Origin: a virus
Lineage: Duplodnaviria; Caudoviricetes
Reading direction: 5' to 3' (one strand)
DNA length: 56,455 bases
Virus record (IMG/VR): IMGVR_UViG_3300035660_000010
Span: 1-56,455 of that record
Both the position numbers and the translations under genes were made by a program. The first letter of the stretch is position 1. Every line of letters starts with the position of its first letter. This document shows, one piece after another, positions 39,023-48,746 of the stretch. The notes below the pieces were generated by a model. It did no database searches. It worked only from the letters and a program-made list of their open reading frames with translations, and had not been told where the DNA came from.

Positions 39023-39715
39023 CTAATGCCCAATATACCCGTTCTTCAATATCTCCCATGTATCCTGCCACCCATTTACTGGGAACACTTTATCCTCTTT
39101 TCCTAATACCCTTACAAGTAGCCAATCATTCCCACCTTCTTGTACTTGATCACCAAAGAAGTAGATTGGTCCCTTGATTTTGTTTCTTATCTGAGACTTA
39201 TCACAACCATGAGGAGCAATGTCAATAGAAACTTGTCCACCAATAGTTGCACAAATTTCTGAAAAATGATCATTTACGAAATCAACTATCTTTTGTCTTT
39301 CTCCCTCCACGGCATCCCACTTATTATATTCTGTACGTTCCTCTTTACTTGCTCTTCCAAGGGTAGAAAAGTTGATCATTCCTGACCGAATATCAATAAG
39401 TCCACCACGTTGCTGAGGGTACTTGCTGGTATCTATGAATACTTGCAAAACATCTACCAGCTCCTCACAATGCCACACCATATCATACACAAGCTTACCA
39501 CCGACATACAACACATTCCCCTGGCAGGGGAAAAACCCATTCACCTTGTCTACTATATCACCTAACTGCGACTTGATATCAGCATAAGGTGAGCCACTCA
39601 AAATATACACGTTTTTACCCTGCATCCATTGCCTAAAGAACTTTTCAAACTCTGGATCAATAGGAGTGCGCGGCGAGGTTAGTACACAATCTACATCAAA
39701 GATGAAGTTAGGCAT
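39023..39715 (-). CDS. HAD-IIB phosphomannomutase-like enzyme
   Basis: FDVDCVLT.PR, IDIRSGMINFS.LGR, IGGQVSID, DK, FFGD...GGND. Confidence 0.85.
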   Translation of the reverse strand: MPNFIFDVDCVLTSPRTPIDPEFEKFFRQWMQGKNVYILSGSPYADIKSQLGDIVDKVNGFFPCQGNVLYVGGKLVYDMVWHCEELVDVLQVFIDTSKYPQQRGGLIDIRSGMINFSTLGRASKEERTEYNKWDAVEGERQKIVDFVNDHFSEICATIGGQVSIDIAPHGCDKSQIRNKIKGPIYFFGDQVQEGGNDWLLVRVLGKEDKVFPVNGWQDTWEILKNGYIGH

Positions 39716-39718
39716 TGA

Positions 39719-39862
39719 TCACCACTCCCCTTCATTAGGAGTGGGCTGGTTATTTTCCTCCCATGGTGCAGTTCCGATATAAGCCCAAGCTCCATGTGTG
39801 TCGGGATAAAGTCCAGCACAAACTCTTGGATTTACTGGTTGAAAGTTTGGATCCTCATTCAT
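39719..39862 (-). CDS. Small protein, W-tail family (PNEGEW*)
   Basis: Manual 47-aa translation filling the gap. Confidence 0.5.
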   Translation of the reverse strand: MNEDPNFQPVNPRVCAGLYPDTHGAWAYIGTAPWEENNQPTPNEGEW

Positions 39863-39863
39863 A

Positions 39864-40403
39864 TTACTCTCCTATAAAACTTGCCCTTGTTTTCGGTGTC
39901 TCACACCAATCCACTTGAACTACCTTTACCACTTTTGCCATCTTTTCTTTTGAAAAATTGTAAATCCATTTTGACAAATTCTCACTCGTGGGACAAAAAT
40001 CGACTATGAAGAAACTTTCATACCACTCTCGCTCAATGTCTTCAATCGTTGAAATATCTATTTTATGTCCCACCGGGTCCTTTACACCCTCGATAAAAAC
40101 TGGGACAAAAGGGAAATCCTTATCAACAAAATGTTTATACAAGGGGTCGTGTGAGTCTACTAAAAATTTATGATCCAGATAGTCGTCTAAAAACTTTTTT
40201 AACCAATTACTCATTTTAAAATCTACAACCATCGCTTGAGCATTTAGTTCTTCCGCCTCAAATACAATCTTCACTAATCCTTGATGTCCGTGGCAGTTGC
40301 GGCAACGACATTGAGTATCAACACTAAACTCTGCATCGAGCTGTTGTGTCCAAACACGATGTCCAAAGCAAAGTTCAAGGTCTTTTGAAATCACATGTTT
40401 CAT
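39864..40403 (-). CDS. queD: 6-carboxytetrahydropterin synthase
   Basis: GHR, CRNCHGH, MVVDF, LDHKFL, PTSEN, ETP. Confidence 0.9.
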   Translation of the reverse strand: MKHVISKDLELCFGHRVWTQQLDAEFSVDTQCRCRNCHGHQGLVKIVFEAEELNAQAMVVDFKMSNWLKKFLDDYLDHKFLVDSHDPLYKHFVDKDFPFVPVFIEGVKDPVGHKIDISTIEDIEREWYESFFIVDFCPTSENLSKWIYNFSKEKMAKVVKVVQVDWCETPKTRASFIGE

Positions 40404-40404
40404 T

Positions 40405-40815
40405 TCAATACTCCTTTTCGTTCAATCCACCCTTTTCATGTTCTTCACAAGAGGTATAATGCCAACCATGATGTACACGTACCTCTCCAGGAGCTCCACA
40501 TATCTCACAGGTCTTTCCGCTCTTTTCTTCTGCTTTTTGTATGAGCTCCTCCATCTTGTCGGTGGAACCTTCCATATAAAAACGAAGACCGGCATACTTC
40601 TCCTTTACCTGGGAGGCACAATAATACTGCCTTTCTTCTTCCGGTTGTTTCAGGATTTCAGCTTCAAGCTTTTTGGAGAGGTCATAAATCAGCTGGAACC
40701 ATCCCTCTCCAACATCGAACCCCCAACACATGCAGGTTTCTCGCAGGCTTCCATTTCGATTTCTATAAAGATTTGGAAACTCTCTACATAGTTGTTCGTC
40801 TAAATCTTTACGCAT
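40405..40815 (-). CDS. Conserved phage hypothetical protein (ends LNEKEY*)
   Basis: GWF.LI..L, QVKEK..GLRFY, TCEICG..G. Confidence 0.7.
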   Translation of the reverse strand: MRKDLDEQLCREFPNLYRNRNGSLRETCMCWGFDVGEGWFQLIYDLSKKLEAEILKQPEEERQYYCASQVKEKYAGLRFYMEGSTDKMEELIQKAEEKSGKTCEICGAPGEVRVHHGWHYTSCEEHEKGGLNEKEY

Positions 40816-41258
40816 TTTTTAGCCTCTTCCAAAAACTTCTTCACTCCACCTCCATCTAAACAATGCTCAATCTTGGTCTCCCAATCTCTATCGTTGAACC
40901 AGTCAAGCATTTCTTGGCCACTTCTCCAGTAAATGGCATTTTTCAATCCTCTCGACAGCTCTCTGACTTCATCCCAGCTACCGCATGCCTCCATAGCATC
41001 ACACCCACTGCAGGAGCCATAGCTGATAGAAACATAGCCATATCTTTCACCATCTTGTAAAAGTACCAAATAATCTCCCTGCCAATCCCCTATTGTTTCC
41101 ATTACCAATACCTTGTAGCCCCAACTATGTACCATGGATCCATAATCTTGAAGGCAATCACACTCCTGCAAGATACAATGATACATCTTGTGCTGTTCCG
41201 GGCAAAAGCAGCCGTTCTGCAACGCCTTGAGCTGTTGATCTCTTTCTTCCTGTCCCAT
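40800..41258 (-). CDS. Hypothetical protein with YGSCSGCD motif
   Basis: 152-aa ORF coupled to recQ. Confidence 0.65.
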   Translation of the reverse strand: MGQEERDQQLKALQNGCFCPEQHKMYHCILQECDCLQDYGSMVHSWGYKVLVMETIGDWQGDYLVLLQDGERYGYVSISYGSCSGCDAMEACGSWDEVRELSRGLKNAIYWRSGQEMLDWFNDRDWETKIEHCLDGGGVKKFLEEAKKCVKI

Positions 41259-42697
41259 TATATCTCTCCAAAATACTTCAAGATAAATCTCTTCTTGTCT
41301 TTGGCTTCTACCAACTTCGTCATGTCCTCTAATCGGATCATTTCTCTTTCCTTACGTGCTTGTATATCATCGTAATCAATATGGAGATTCTCAAACTTTG
41401 GAAATGCTATTGGTGTTGCTATTCTACCTCTTGCAGGAGCTGTGAATACACCTTGATGTTTCAAAAGCGTTAGGCAAGTTTTCACCTGCCCTTGTATGAT
41501 GCCTTTCTTGCTTATCTCTTGAGCAACTTCGTCATACTTTATATCTCGATAACTTCCAGGTGGCACCAAACTACGAATCTTTCTGTAAGTGGTTTCAAAA
41601 ACCGACTTTGGCGGATGGCTGATCTCAATAAAAAAATGACGAAGACCAATATCTCTTTGGCTGTAAAACAATTTACAAGTTGAGGGCAAACTATCACGAC
41701 CAGCTCGACCTACCTCTTGATAATACGACTCTACCGAGCCAGGAATAGTGTAATGCCAGATATTCCTAATATCTGGCTTGTCTATTCCCATTCCAAATGC
41801 TATTGTTGCCACAACCCATGATATCGTGTTATCTTGAAATGACTCCTGCACTATTTCTTTGTCATCCTTTGGCATTTCTGCATGGTATGGACATGATAAC
41901 CTACTTATTCCGTATTTATTTTTTGCTAATTTATTAAACTGAGACGACAAGATTTCGCACATATTTCGGGTACCACAATATATTATGGCAGGTGATACTT
42001 TACCACTTTTAAATATGTTCTCAATTTCTTTTTCGAACTCTTTTGCTTTAGTATTATCATCACAATATCTTTCACCAATCAATGTCAGATTTGGACGATC
42101 AAAGCCTGTAATCTTTACAAGAGGATTGACCATTTCTAACTGCTTGATTATATCTTCTCTCACCTCAGGTGTCGCAGTAGCCGTACCTCCCAAAACTGGA
42201 GGATTTTTCATCATCTTTCGTGCTTGTTTCAGCTTACGATAATCAGGTCTAAAATCGTGTCCCCATTGACTAATGCAGTGTGCCTCATCGACCACAAGAA
42301 GTGAGACATCAAGCGTTTGTACCAATCCACAAAACTCTATGTTGCCAAAACGCTCTGGTGCAATATATAGAAGCTTATATTTTCCCTGCAGGATTTCCTG
42401 CACTCGTCGGCTATAATCTCCCTGACTTAAAGAGCTATTTAGAAAAGTGGCAGGAATGCCCTTATTGGTGAGAGCATCGGTTTGATCCTTCATCAATGCA
42501 ATCAGAGGAGATACTATAATAGTTATGCCATCCAGCAATAGAGCAGGAAGTTGGAAACAAAGACTTTTACCACTGCCTGTCGGCATGACAATCATCGTGT
42601 CCCGTCCCTGCAATACGGCTTCGATCACTTCCTGTTGTCCAAGTCTAAAATCTGAGAGATTGAACTTATCTATAAGAACTTGTTTTAGGTCTGTCAT
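41258..42697 (-). CDS. recQ: RecQ-family DNA helicase
   Basis: MPTGSGKSLCFQLP, DEAHCISQWGHDFRP, TATA, ATIAFGMGIDK, QEVGRAGRD. Confidence 0.95.
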   Translation of the reverse strand: MTDLKQVLIDKFNLSDFRLGQQEVIEAVLQGRDTMIVMPTGSGKSLCFQLPALLLDGITIIVSPLIALMKDQTDALTNKGIPATFLNSSLSQGDYSRRVQEILQGKYKLLYIAPERFGNIEFCGLVQTLDVSLLVVDEAHCISQWGHDFRPDYRKLKQARKMMKNPPVLGGTATATPEVREDIIKQLEMVNPLVKITGFDRPNLTLIGERYCDDNTKAKEFEKEIENIFKSGKVSPAIIYCGTRNMCEILSSQFNKLAKNKYGISRLSCPYHAEMPKDDKEIVQESFQDNTISWVVATIAFGMGIDKPDIRNIWHYTIPGSVESYYQEVGRAGRDSLPSTCKLFYSQRDIGLRHFFIEISHPPKSVFETTYRKIRSLVPPGSYRDIKYDEVAQEISKKGIIQGQVKTCLTLLKHQGVFTAPARGRIATPIAFPKFENLHIDYDDIQARKEREMIRLEDMTKLVEAKDKKRFILKYFGEI

Positions 42698-43407
42698 CCG
42701 TTCTCCCTCAAATAATCTTCTGTGATACCTATCACCACTTGATTTACCCTGTTGTAATCTGGTCTTTCAGGAAGTGTGCTTTTCTCCTCTGCTTCCCTCA
42801 TTTCTTTTATCAAGTCTTCTGCCATTTTATTTACTTGTTCAAGAGTATATTTCCCATTTCGTACATCCAGTAGAAATGCAGCATCTGGTCGCCTAACTCG
42901 CAATACTCCCTCTTTTAGTATCTCAATCCCAGTTTTCAATAACCTAAACACGTGGAGCGCATACTTTGTGTCAAATTTATACTTCTCTATCAAAGCCGCT
43001 CTTTTCTCGACTCTTCCCACGGGATCGCTTCTACTATTTAGTCTGTGTAGTTGCTGTTGAGCATATCCCATGTACGCTCGCATGCAGTTCCGCGCCAGAA
43101 ACTCATTTCGTATCTCAAGCAATCTTGTTCCATAGGAAGTCATCAATAGATATTCGTCCGCATATAGGCATTCCAAGATATTTGGGTTCCCACTCAGAGC
43201 AAGGAATACCATTTTTCTTATGCCAAGATACACTAAATCTGGGTTCTTACTCTCATGTTGTTCAAATCTATCAAGTCCCAGAAAATACGATTTAGGAGGG
43301 ATCACTACACCTCGGTAATCAGTGTCGCTATCTTCGATATTGGTACCATAGGCATAACTTCCACCTACATACTTCAATATCAGACGACTTTCATAATCAA
43401 AGTTCAT
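42694..43407 (-). CDS. Pol-beta superfamily nucleotidyltransferase (YcgL/RlaP-like)
   Basis: GSYAYGT....SDTDYRGV, NPNILE, K.A.H..RL. Confidence 0.85.
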   Translation of the reverse strand: MNFDYESRLILKYVGGSYAYGTNIEDSDTDYRGVVIPPKSYFLGLDRFEQHESKNPDLVYLGIRKMVFLALSGNPNILECLYADEYLLMTSYGTRLLEIRNEFLARNCMRAYMGYAQQQLHRLNSRSDPVGRVEKRAALIEKYKFDTKYALHVFRLLKTGIEILKEGVLRVRRPDAAFLLDVRNGKYTLEQVNKMAEDLIKEMREAEEKSTLPERPDYNRVNQVVIGITEDYLRENG

Positions 43408-43561
43408 TCTTCCACCACTTTGTGTTGTTTAGGGCTATTAAAATTAGATCATTTGCTTCTTCTGCACGATAACGGGCAAGATAAACAATGTACCATTCCC
43501 TACCATTCCACTCCCATAGAGCACTTGTACTATAATGGAGGTCTCCCACTTCTAGTTTCAT
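43397..43561 (-). CDS. Small protein with read-through W-tail (LNNTKW-WKNEL*)
   Basis: Manual 54-aa translation; ATGA coupling. Confidence 0.55.
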   Translation of the reverse strand: MKLEVGDLHYSTSALWEWNGREWYIVYLARYRAEEANDLILIALNNTKWWKNEL

Positions 43562-43779
43562 GGTATCCTTTCCATTGTAAGTCCTGTCATCACTAAAAGT
43601 TCTAATTCACTGCTTTCCTGCCAGTTATACACCGGACGATTACATCGTGATAGTGGAATGTCCTGAACAGGCATAGTCTGCCATTTATTTTCTGTATAAA
43701 GAACAATATATTTAGCATTCACCATAAAAACAGGGCAACTATCAGCACCTAAAAGATACTTACCCCTTATAATGGTCAT
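43558..43779 (-). CDS. Hypothetical protein with S.LELLV.TG motif
   Basis: ORF; motif shared with 48399 and 49724. Confidence 0.55.
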   Translation of the reverse strand: MTIIRGKYLLGADSCPVFMVNAKYIVLYTENKWQTMPVQDIPLSRCNRPVYNWQESSELELLVMTGLTMERIP

Positions 43780-43892
43780 GGTATCTCAACCTCAACTTGA
43801 AATATCGAAACTCTGCTTGCATTAAAATACCCCTTTGTTTATGTGAAGATAAATTTTCCTCATATTAAAATAAAGAAGTTTTAAATTAGTTC

Positions 43893-44270
43893 TTACTCCG
43901 TATCTTCTTCGGCACTTGGAAAATCACCAAAATATCTAATTTTGATACCCCACTTCTTGGCAGAATCTATTTCAAGCTGCATTCCCGTTGAAATGCCATC
44001 AAAATTACAAACCCACATTTCATTGCAAAGCTTCAAAAGCTCCAAGCCACATGCGAGACCGAGCTCTCGTTCGTTTTGACTATTATCGTCCAAAAATCTG
44101 GTAAATATGATGTGCGGTGCGATAGGCACAAAACCACGTAATACTACAATGCGACAAAGACACTCCGCAAGTTTCATGTTATTTTCCATGTCCCCACGAA
44201 GCTTGGAAGACACGAAAATCAACTTCTTAGACACTGGATTCTTGCTTCTCGGACTTCTTTGTTTCTTCAT
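43893..44270 (-). CDS. Nucleoside 2-deoxyribosyltransferase-like (DUF4406-type) protein
   Basis: IFVSS, PIAPH, L..C.E.WV, ISTGMQLEI..A. Confidence 0.7.
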   Translation of the reverse strand: MKKQRSPRSKNPVSKKLIFVSSKLRGDMENNMKLAECLCRIVVLRGFVPIAPHIIFTRFLDDNSQNERELGLACGLELLKLCNEMWVCNFDGISTGMQLEIDSAKKWGIKIRYFGDFPSAEEDTE

Positions 44271-44496
44271 TTGGCTTTTCCTTCTTCCTTTCAGCCTTTG
44301 CTACTTCTCTTTCTTTCTTTAGCCAGTTTCTATCCACCGACCCCAACCGCCAGGGATAAAGCCAACAGCCCGTGGCAGTACATTCATGTATTTCGGCCAT
44401 TTGATAGCCCATACATTCCATGCAATGATTACGGATAGCCTCTCTCCTGGTTGCCACTTCGCCCTTCCTGCGTTGCCGTTTTCGTAGCTTTGCCAT
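44227..44496 (-). CDS. Conserved Cys-containing phage protein
   Basis: AIR.HC.ECMG...C....C.LYPWR. Confidence 0.65.
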   Translation of the reverse strand: MAKLRKRQRRKGEVATRREAIRNHCMECMGYQMAEIHECTATGCWLYPWRLGSVDRNWLKKEREVAKAERKKEKPNEETKKSEKQESSV

Positions 44497-44499
44497 TAT

Positions 44500-44757
44500 T
44501 TACTCCCTATTTCCAAGAACTTGTTGTAGCTGCGACCATGTAAGTCTTTTATCACTACATTTCTGACAGGAACCACATACTCGTACCCAACATGAAGTAC
44601 CAGGGTGTGTGCGAAAATATTCTCTCTCAATAGATAGCTCTCCCCCGCAATCATCACAAACCGGCTTTTCTAAAGCATACTTCCCCTTGTATTCATAAAC
44701 CATTGGATGGTCTGCTTTGAATACTTCTTTGAATACTTCTTTTATTTTCCTCCACAT
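44500..44757 (-). CDS. Zn-ribbon hypothetical protein
   Basis: CDDC/CGSC; GGAGG SD before ATG 44757. Confidence 0.6.
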   Translation of the reverse strand: MWRKIKEVFKEVFKADHPMVYEYKGKYALEKPVCDDCGGELSIEREYFRTHPGTSCWVRVCGSCQKCSDKRLTWSQLQQVLGNRE

Positions 44758-44767
44758 ACCAACCTCC

Positions 44768-45058
44768 TTATATAATATCCCCATTCTCACTAATTTTCTG
44801 GTTTTCATAACTATTTGTGAGACGCCGAGTTAGTTCCAACTTCACCGACTCCAAAACACCAACCATACTATTGAACTTGTGATACTTAGGCTCACCAACA
44901 AGACCCAAAACACCAATCAAAAGCCTACAAATCGTGTAGTTCAACCTACCATCGGCAGTTGTGAGGTCCTTTTCGTCAGTCATTATTCGAATGATGCTGA
45001 CCAGTTGATTAATTATTGCATCCAACTTTTGACGTTCATCCTTTGAAATGTACGGCAT
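44768..45058 (-). CDS. Conserved phage protein (MPYI...G.LNY...KLE..RR...YE..K...NGD)
   Basis: Recognisable motif pattern. Confidence 0.7.
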   Translation of the reverse strand: MPYISKDERQKLDAIINQLVSIIRIMTDEKDLTTADGRLNYTICRLLIGVLGLVGEPKYHKFNSMVGVLESVKLELTRRLTNSYENQKISENGDII

Positions 45059-45067
45059 ACTTTCCTC

Positions 45068-46258
45068 CTACTTTCTGCTTATTTCGCAGCGCTTTATTAT
45101 TTCAAAACCACGTTTCAACATTGCCTCTGCAATATCTTTGAGATCTTGCCTTCCTTCAACATACTTTTTTAGGGCATCAGGAGAAGAGATTGATTCATTG
45201 ATTTCTTGATTTCGACTTGTATGCTCTCGTATAATCTCATAGGGAGAAAGTCCGTAGTTGAACTTGGCCTTGTTCAGGATCTCAAGAATCGCAGATCTAT
45301 TTATCCGACACAAATCGGTTTCTCGAATCTTGTAATCAACCTTGATAATACTGCCTGGTAGCCGATTCAAATCTATATTATCAATGATTCTCTGTGTAAG
45401 ATCGCCCTGTCCATCTGTCAGATCCACATATACTCTATAAAGATCTGCAACTTGCAGTTTTACAAACTTACAAGCACCCGTATCAGTATCATATGTAATA
45501 AAACCAACAGGCTTATCGGCTTGACTAAAATCTATGCGCTCAATCGGCCCAGTATAAACACACAGAGGATTTTGACAAACTACCTGGTGCTCATGAATGT
45601 GCCCTAAAACTGCAAAGTCGAACCCCTTCAAAAATGATTGTGATATCACAACTTCGCTAATCAGTTCAGGATCGACATATCCTGCTGGCATGTGGCAACC
45701 CTCTATCGTTTGGTGCCCCACAAACATTAGCTTGCCGTTGCCTGGAGACTTTTGAAGATCCTGCAGTAGTTCCCTTACCACTTTCCCATAGTATTCGGCA
45801 GCTTCTTCATTTGTTTTCACACCCAACTTTTGCCTGTAAATATAAGGCATCAAGGCTATCTTTATACCTGGGAAGCCGGTAAATGTACCAGGTCTATCAC
45901 AAACTCTTATGTATTCCTCGTTTACCAAAGCTGCCAACACGCCCGCAGTGTGAGAAGAGCCTTCACTAACCACTATATCGTGATTACCTGTGAGGATCAG
46001 GGTGTGAATATGCCTATCTTGCAAAAGACGAAGCCTCTTTGCGAACTCCTCTTGTTGGGTATTAGTGGGATGTCGAGTAGCATAGATGTCTCCACAAAAA
46101 ATAAACAAATCAACCTTGTTCTTTAAGACATAATCAATAATATTATCAAGAGATTGTAAAAAATCTTCAAGACGGGTATGTAGTCCAGTGGCAGGATTTA
46201 TACGACCCAGATGTGCCGAACTTCCAAAGTGGGTATCAGCTGTTATTACAATTTTCAC
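45068..46258 (-). CDS. sbcD: SbcD/Mre11-like nuclease
   Basis: ADTHFG, GDIY, GNHD, GH, LGHIH, Y.G..ER.DF. Confidence 0.92.
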   Translation of the reverse strand: MKIVITADTHFGSSAHLGRINPATGLHTRLEDFLQSLDNIIDYVLKNKVDLFIFCGDIYATRHPTNTQQEEFAKRLRLLQDRHIHTLILTGNHDIVVSEGSSHTAGVLAALVNEEYIRVCDRPGTFTGFPGIKIALMPYIYRQKLGVKTNEEAAEYYGKVVRELLQDLQKSPGNGKLMFVGHQTIEGCHMPAGYVDPELISEVVISQSFLKGFDFAVLGHIHEHQVVCQNPLCVYTGPIERIDFSQADKPVGFITYDTDTGACKFVKLQVADLYRVYVDLTDGQGDLTQRIIDNIDLNRLPGSIIKVDYKIRETDLCRINRSAILEILNKAKFNYGLSPYEIIREHTSRNQEINESISSPDALKKYVEGRQDLKDIAEAMLKRGFEIIKRCEISRK

Positions 46259-46542
46259 TTGTTCTTTTCCTCTTCTTCGTGCTTCTTTATTTCTTCTTCC
46301 GTTAAAGGTCTCACGCTGATTATATCCTCCAGCCTTGGAAATCGCGGAGCGTGAAGCATGATAGCAGCAATTTTTTCTCCCAATTGTTCATTCCTGACCC
46401 TTGCTTGTACCCTTTTACAGGGGCAAGGGACCTTCATGGCATGATACATTTTGTGCATATTCTTACGACAACACAGATCATAATAACTTACATTCAATCC
46501 CTTTACTATCTCTTCAGCCATTTTTTTCGGATCAAAATCCAT
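46255..46542 (-). CDS. Hypothetical protein
   Basis: 95-aa ORF. Confidence 0.55.
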   Translation of the reverse strand: MDFDPKKMAEEIVKGLNVSYYDLCCRKNMHKMYHAMKVPCPCKRVQARVRNEQLGEKIAAIMLHAPRFPRLEDIISVRPLTEEEIKKHEEEEKNK

Positions 46543-46732
46543 TGTGTTCAGCCTCCCAATAACAACCTACTCCAAAGCTCTTGAACTGCATCTGTACCTC
46601 ATCACCAATCTTTAACTCCTCATTGGATCGTACATACACCTCTTCCCTTATATTGTGAGGTAGTATTACAATACCATACTCACTAAATCCAATCACTTTC
46701 CCAAACACCCAATCTCCTACCTTCACTTTCAT
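46532..46732 (-). CDS. S1/OB-like small protein
   Basis: KVGD.V.GKV.....YG...L.IGDEV. Confidence 0.5.
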   Translation of the reverse strand: MKVKVGDWVFGKVIGFSEYGIVILPHNIREEVYVRSNEELKIGDEVQMQFKSFGVGCYWEAEHNGF

Positions 46733-46733
46733 A

Positions 46734-46919
46734 TCACCACTCCATACTATTCAAGGAAGAAATGAGCCTTCCATCTTGCTCTATATAGCAGCTCTGACAG
46801 AGCCATTCATCGTGAGCACCAAGTTTGAGGCTCCAAAACCAATGGTGGCATTTTCTTTGTTTGCCACATCCCTGGCATTTGTGTTTTACTGAACCCCAAT
46901 AGTACCAACCCTCTTTCAT
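46734..46919 (-). CDS. Small Zn-ribbon protein, W-tail family (LNSMEW*)
   Basis: CQGC/CQSC; start reassigned to ATG 46919. Confidence 0.7.
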   Translation of the reverse strand: MKEGWYYWGSVKHKCQGCGKQRKCHHWFWSLKLGAHDEWLCQSCYIEQDGRLISSLNSMEW

Positions 46920-46920
46920 A

Positions 46921-47082
46921 TCACCACTCCATGAAAAACTCTGCATATTCATCACGACACCTTCGGCATACGAATAGCCAACAAGGTTCTCCCTCATCTA
47001 TGTCAATCTGTAAGGGATAGCTGTCAAACAAAAAGCTTTCTCCTTCACCACAAATAGGACATTCCCAACGTACTGGTTCCAT
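46921..47082 (-). CDS. Small Zn-ribbon protein, W-tail family (EFFMEW*)
   Basis: Manual 53-aa translation; CPIC/CRRC. Confidence 0.7.
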   Translation of the reverse strand: MEPVRWECPICGEGESFLFDSYPLQIDIDEGEPCWLFVCRRCRDEYAEFFMEW

Positions 47083-47274
47083 TTACCACTCCCTCTCATT
47101 CAGTATCAAGTATTCATAGTCCTGACTTATGGGCAACCAACAATCATCACATATGACTCCCTTACCTGCCTGCCAACCTCCGCTCACCTCCGCAAGACAT
47201 CCAAGACAGACATACTTCCCACCCATTAGATTGCTCACATAGAGCCCAAACCAAATGTGGGGTATGTCTGTCAT
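47083..47274 (-). CDS. Small Zn-ribbon protein, W-tail family (LNEREW*)
   Basis: CLGC/CDDC; TGATG coupling at 47274. Confidence 0.7.
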   Translation of the reverse strand: MTDIPHIWFGLYVSNLMGGKYVCLGCLAEVSGGWQAGKGVICDDCWLPISQDYEYLILNEREW

Positions 47275-47597
47275 CACTTCCAGCCTTTCCAGGTCATCAG
47301 TACCATGGCAATGACACCCAAAATTACACCTATCAACTGCAAGGCATTCAAGCTTTCCTTGAACACATACAACCCAATAATCGAGAATCCAATTATGTTT
47401 ATCAAACTCCAAATAAGAGCTGTGATTATCAAATCGCCCTTCAAAAGAACTGGAATATATAACAAGCTGCTTAGGGTATAACCTACCATTGATAGTACAA
47501 ATAACCAACTACCTCTTTCTATTGACCATAGCTTAGCAAAGAAATCACCCATGATTACAAATGCACCACTTAGAAGAAGTAGCAGGTATATATTCAC
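47274..47597 (-). CDS. SMR/DMT-family small membrane transporter
   Basis: Four hydrophobic segments, G..VFKESL...QLIG..L. Confidence 0.7.
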   Translation of the reverse strand: MNIYLLLLLSGAFVIMGDFFAKLWSIERGSWLFVLSMVGYTLSSLLYIPVLLKGDLIITALIWSLINIIGFSIIGLYVFKESLNALQLIGVILGVIAMVLMTWKGWK

Positions 47598-48406
47598 AAT
47601 AACATCTTTCCTATGGTAATCGAGAAACCGCTCGCAGATTGATGTCCTCCACCATTATACTGCTTGGCTACCTCTGAAACATCTACTCCCTTAGCGTCAG
47701 AACGTAGGGAAAACTTACGCTTACCCCTCTGGTCATGCCAGACAACACCAAATGGTCGTCCTTGTGCCAGCCTGTTTCCTAATTCTGATTGTAAGACTGG
47801 AGAGTTGATTGACAACACCTTTTGTCCAGCCATATCTATTTCCTCGGCTTCCCCGGCCAAAAAATCGACCAACTGAGTCTGATAACGTAAAATGGCTGTC
47901 CCTTCCAAAATCAGTTCTTTAATGTCTCTTTTCTCTAACCCATCCCATACAGCAAAATCTCGTGGATAACTTGATAAGGCTGCGTTTATTTCTTTGGAAT
48001 GCGGAAGCTCAAACTTCCAAAGATCTCTATCCTCTATATAGCGAACCATATCGGGAATGTCAGGGTTTTTAGTGGCCCAGGGTGAACACACCAAAAAGTC
48101 CCAAGCCAATCTGGCACCTGATCGATTCATATCAAAAATGCAATAGGGTAGACTTGATAGCTCTTCCCACGCGGTTTTGTGGTGATCAAACACTCTCAAA
48201 GATTGTGCATTCTTCTTCATTTCTTCCATTACAGACCGCTTGTAAGAAAAATCGATAATAATCACGTTGCGCCCAGAAACATCAGGAGGGGATTCTTGGT
48301 AGGAAACAGCTATGAACTCTGCATCTGGATAAACCTTACGAGCTACCCATGCTGCACCGAAGCCGTCGTTGCATTGTGCATGGTAAAGAACTAAATACTT
48401 ACTCAT
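47594..48406 (-). CDS. DHH/DHHA1 phosphoesterase (NrnB-like)
   Basis: YH..C.DG, IIDFS, DHH, DRDLW, SLRS, GGGH. Confidence 0.9.
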   Translation of the reverse strand: MSKYLVLYHAQCNDGFGAAWVARKVYPDAEFIAVSYQESPPDVSGRNVIIIDFSYKRSVMEEMKKNAQSLRVFDHHKTAWEELSSLPYCIFDMNRSGARLAWDFLVCSPWATKNPDIPDMVRYIEDRDLWKFELPHSKEINAALSSYPRDFAVWDGLEKRDIKELILEGTAILRYQTQLVDFLAGEAEEIDMAGQKVLSINSPVLQSELGNRLAQGRPFGVVWHDQRGKRKFSLRSDAKGVDVSEVAKQYNGGGHQSASGFSITIGKMLL

Positions 48407-48746
48407 TTTTCTTCTCCACTACCAACTTATTATATTTATCCACCAGATCGTTGTAATCATTCAGTATGTTAGTCAGACATACCCTATCAAATGTTTCGAC
48501 CACACTTTTCCCAGTCTCCATAAGAAACTCTAACTCGCTGCTTGGATAGATACTACCTCCTTGATCGCGCTCAAAATACTGCCGAAGTTCCCTGAATGTT
48601 TGCCAGTGTGTAATATTCCATCCTTCGTTTCGAGACCAACAGAACACACCTCGACGGGTCCAGAAATAGAAAAGTGTTGGCATATCCTTTATATATGTTT
48701 TAAAAAGGCGACCAGTTATTTCAAGGGTAGTCTCTATTCTACTCAC
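48399..48746 (-). CDS. Hypothetical protein with SELEFLMETG motif
   Basis: Start moved to GTG 48746 (GGAG SD) to remove most of the overlap with the GGQ gene. Confidence 0.6.
   Translation of the reverse strand: MSRIETTLEITGRLFKTYIKDMPTLFYFWTRRGVFCWSRNEGWNITHWQTFRELRQYFERDQGGSIYPSSELEFLMETGKSVVETFDRVCLTNILNDYNDLVDKYNKLVVEKKNE

Noticed and set aside
47275-47508. Long N-terminal extension of the 47083 ORF (likewise the track starts at 48911, 36015, 25240, 11301)
   Set aside because: They overlap better-supported genes or terminators; downstream starts have SD sequences or stop-start coupling
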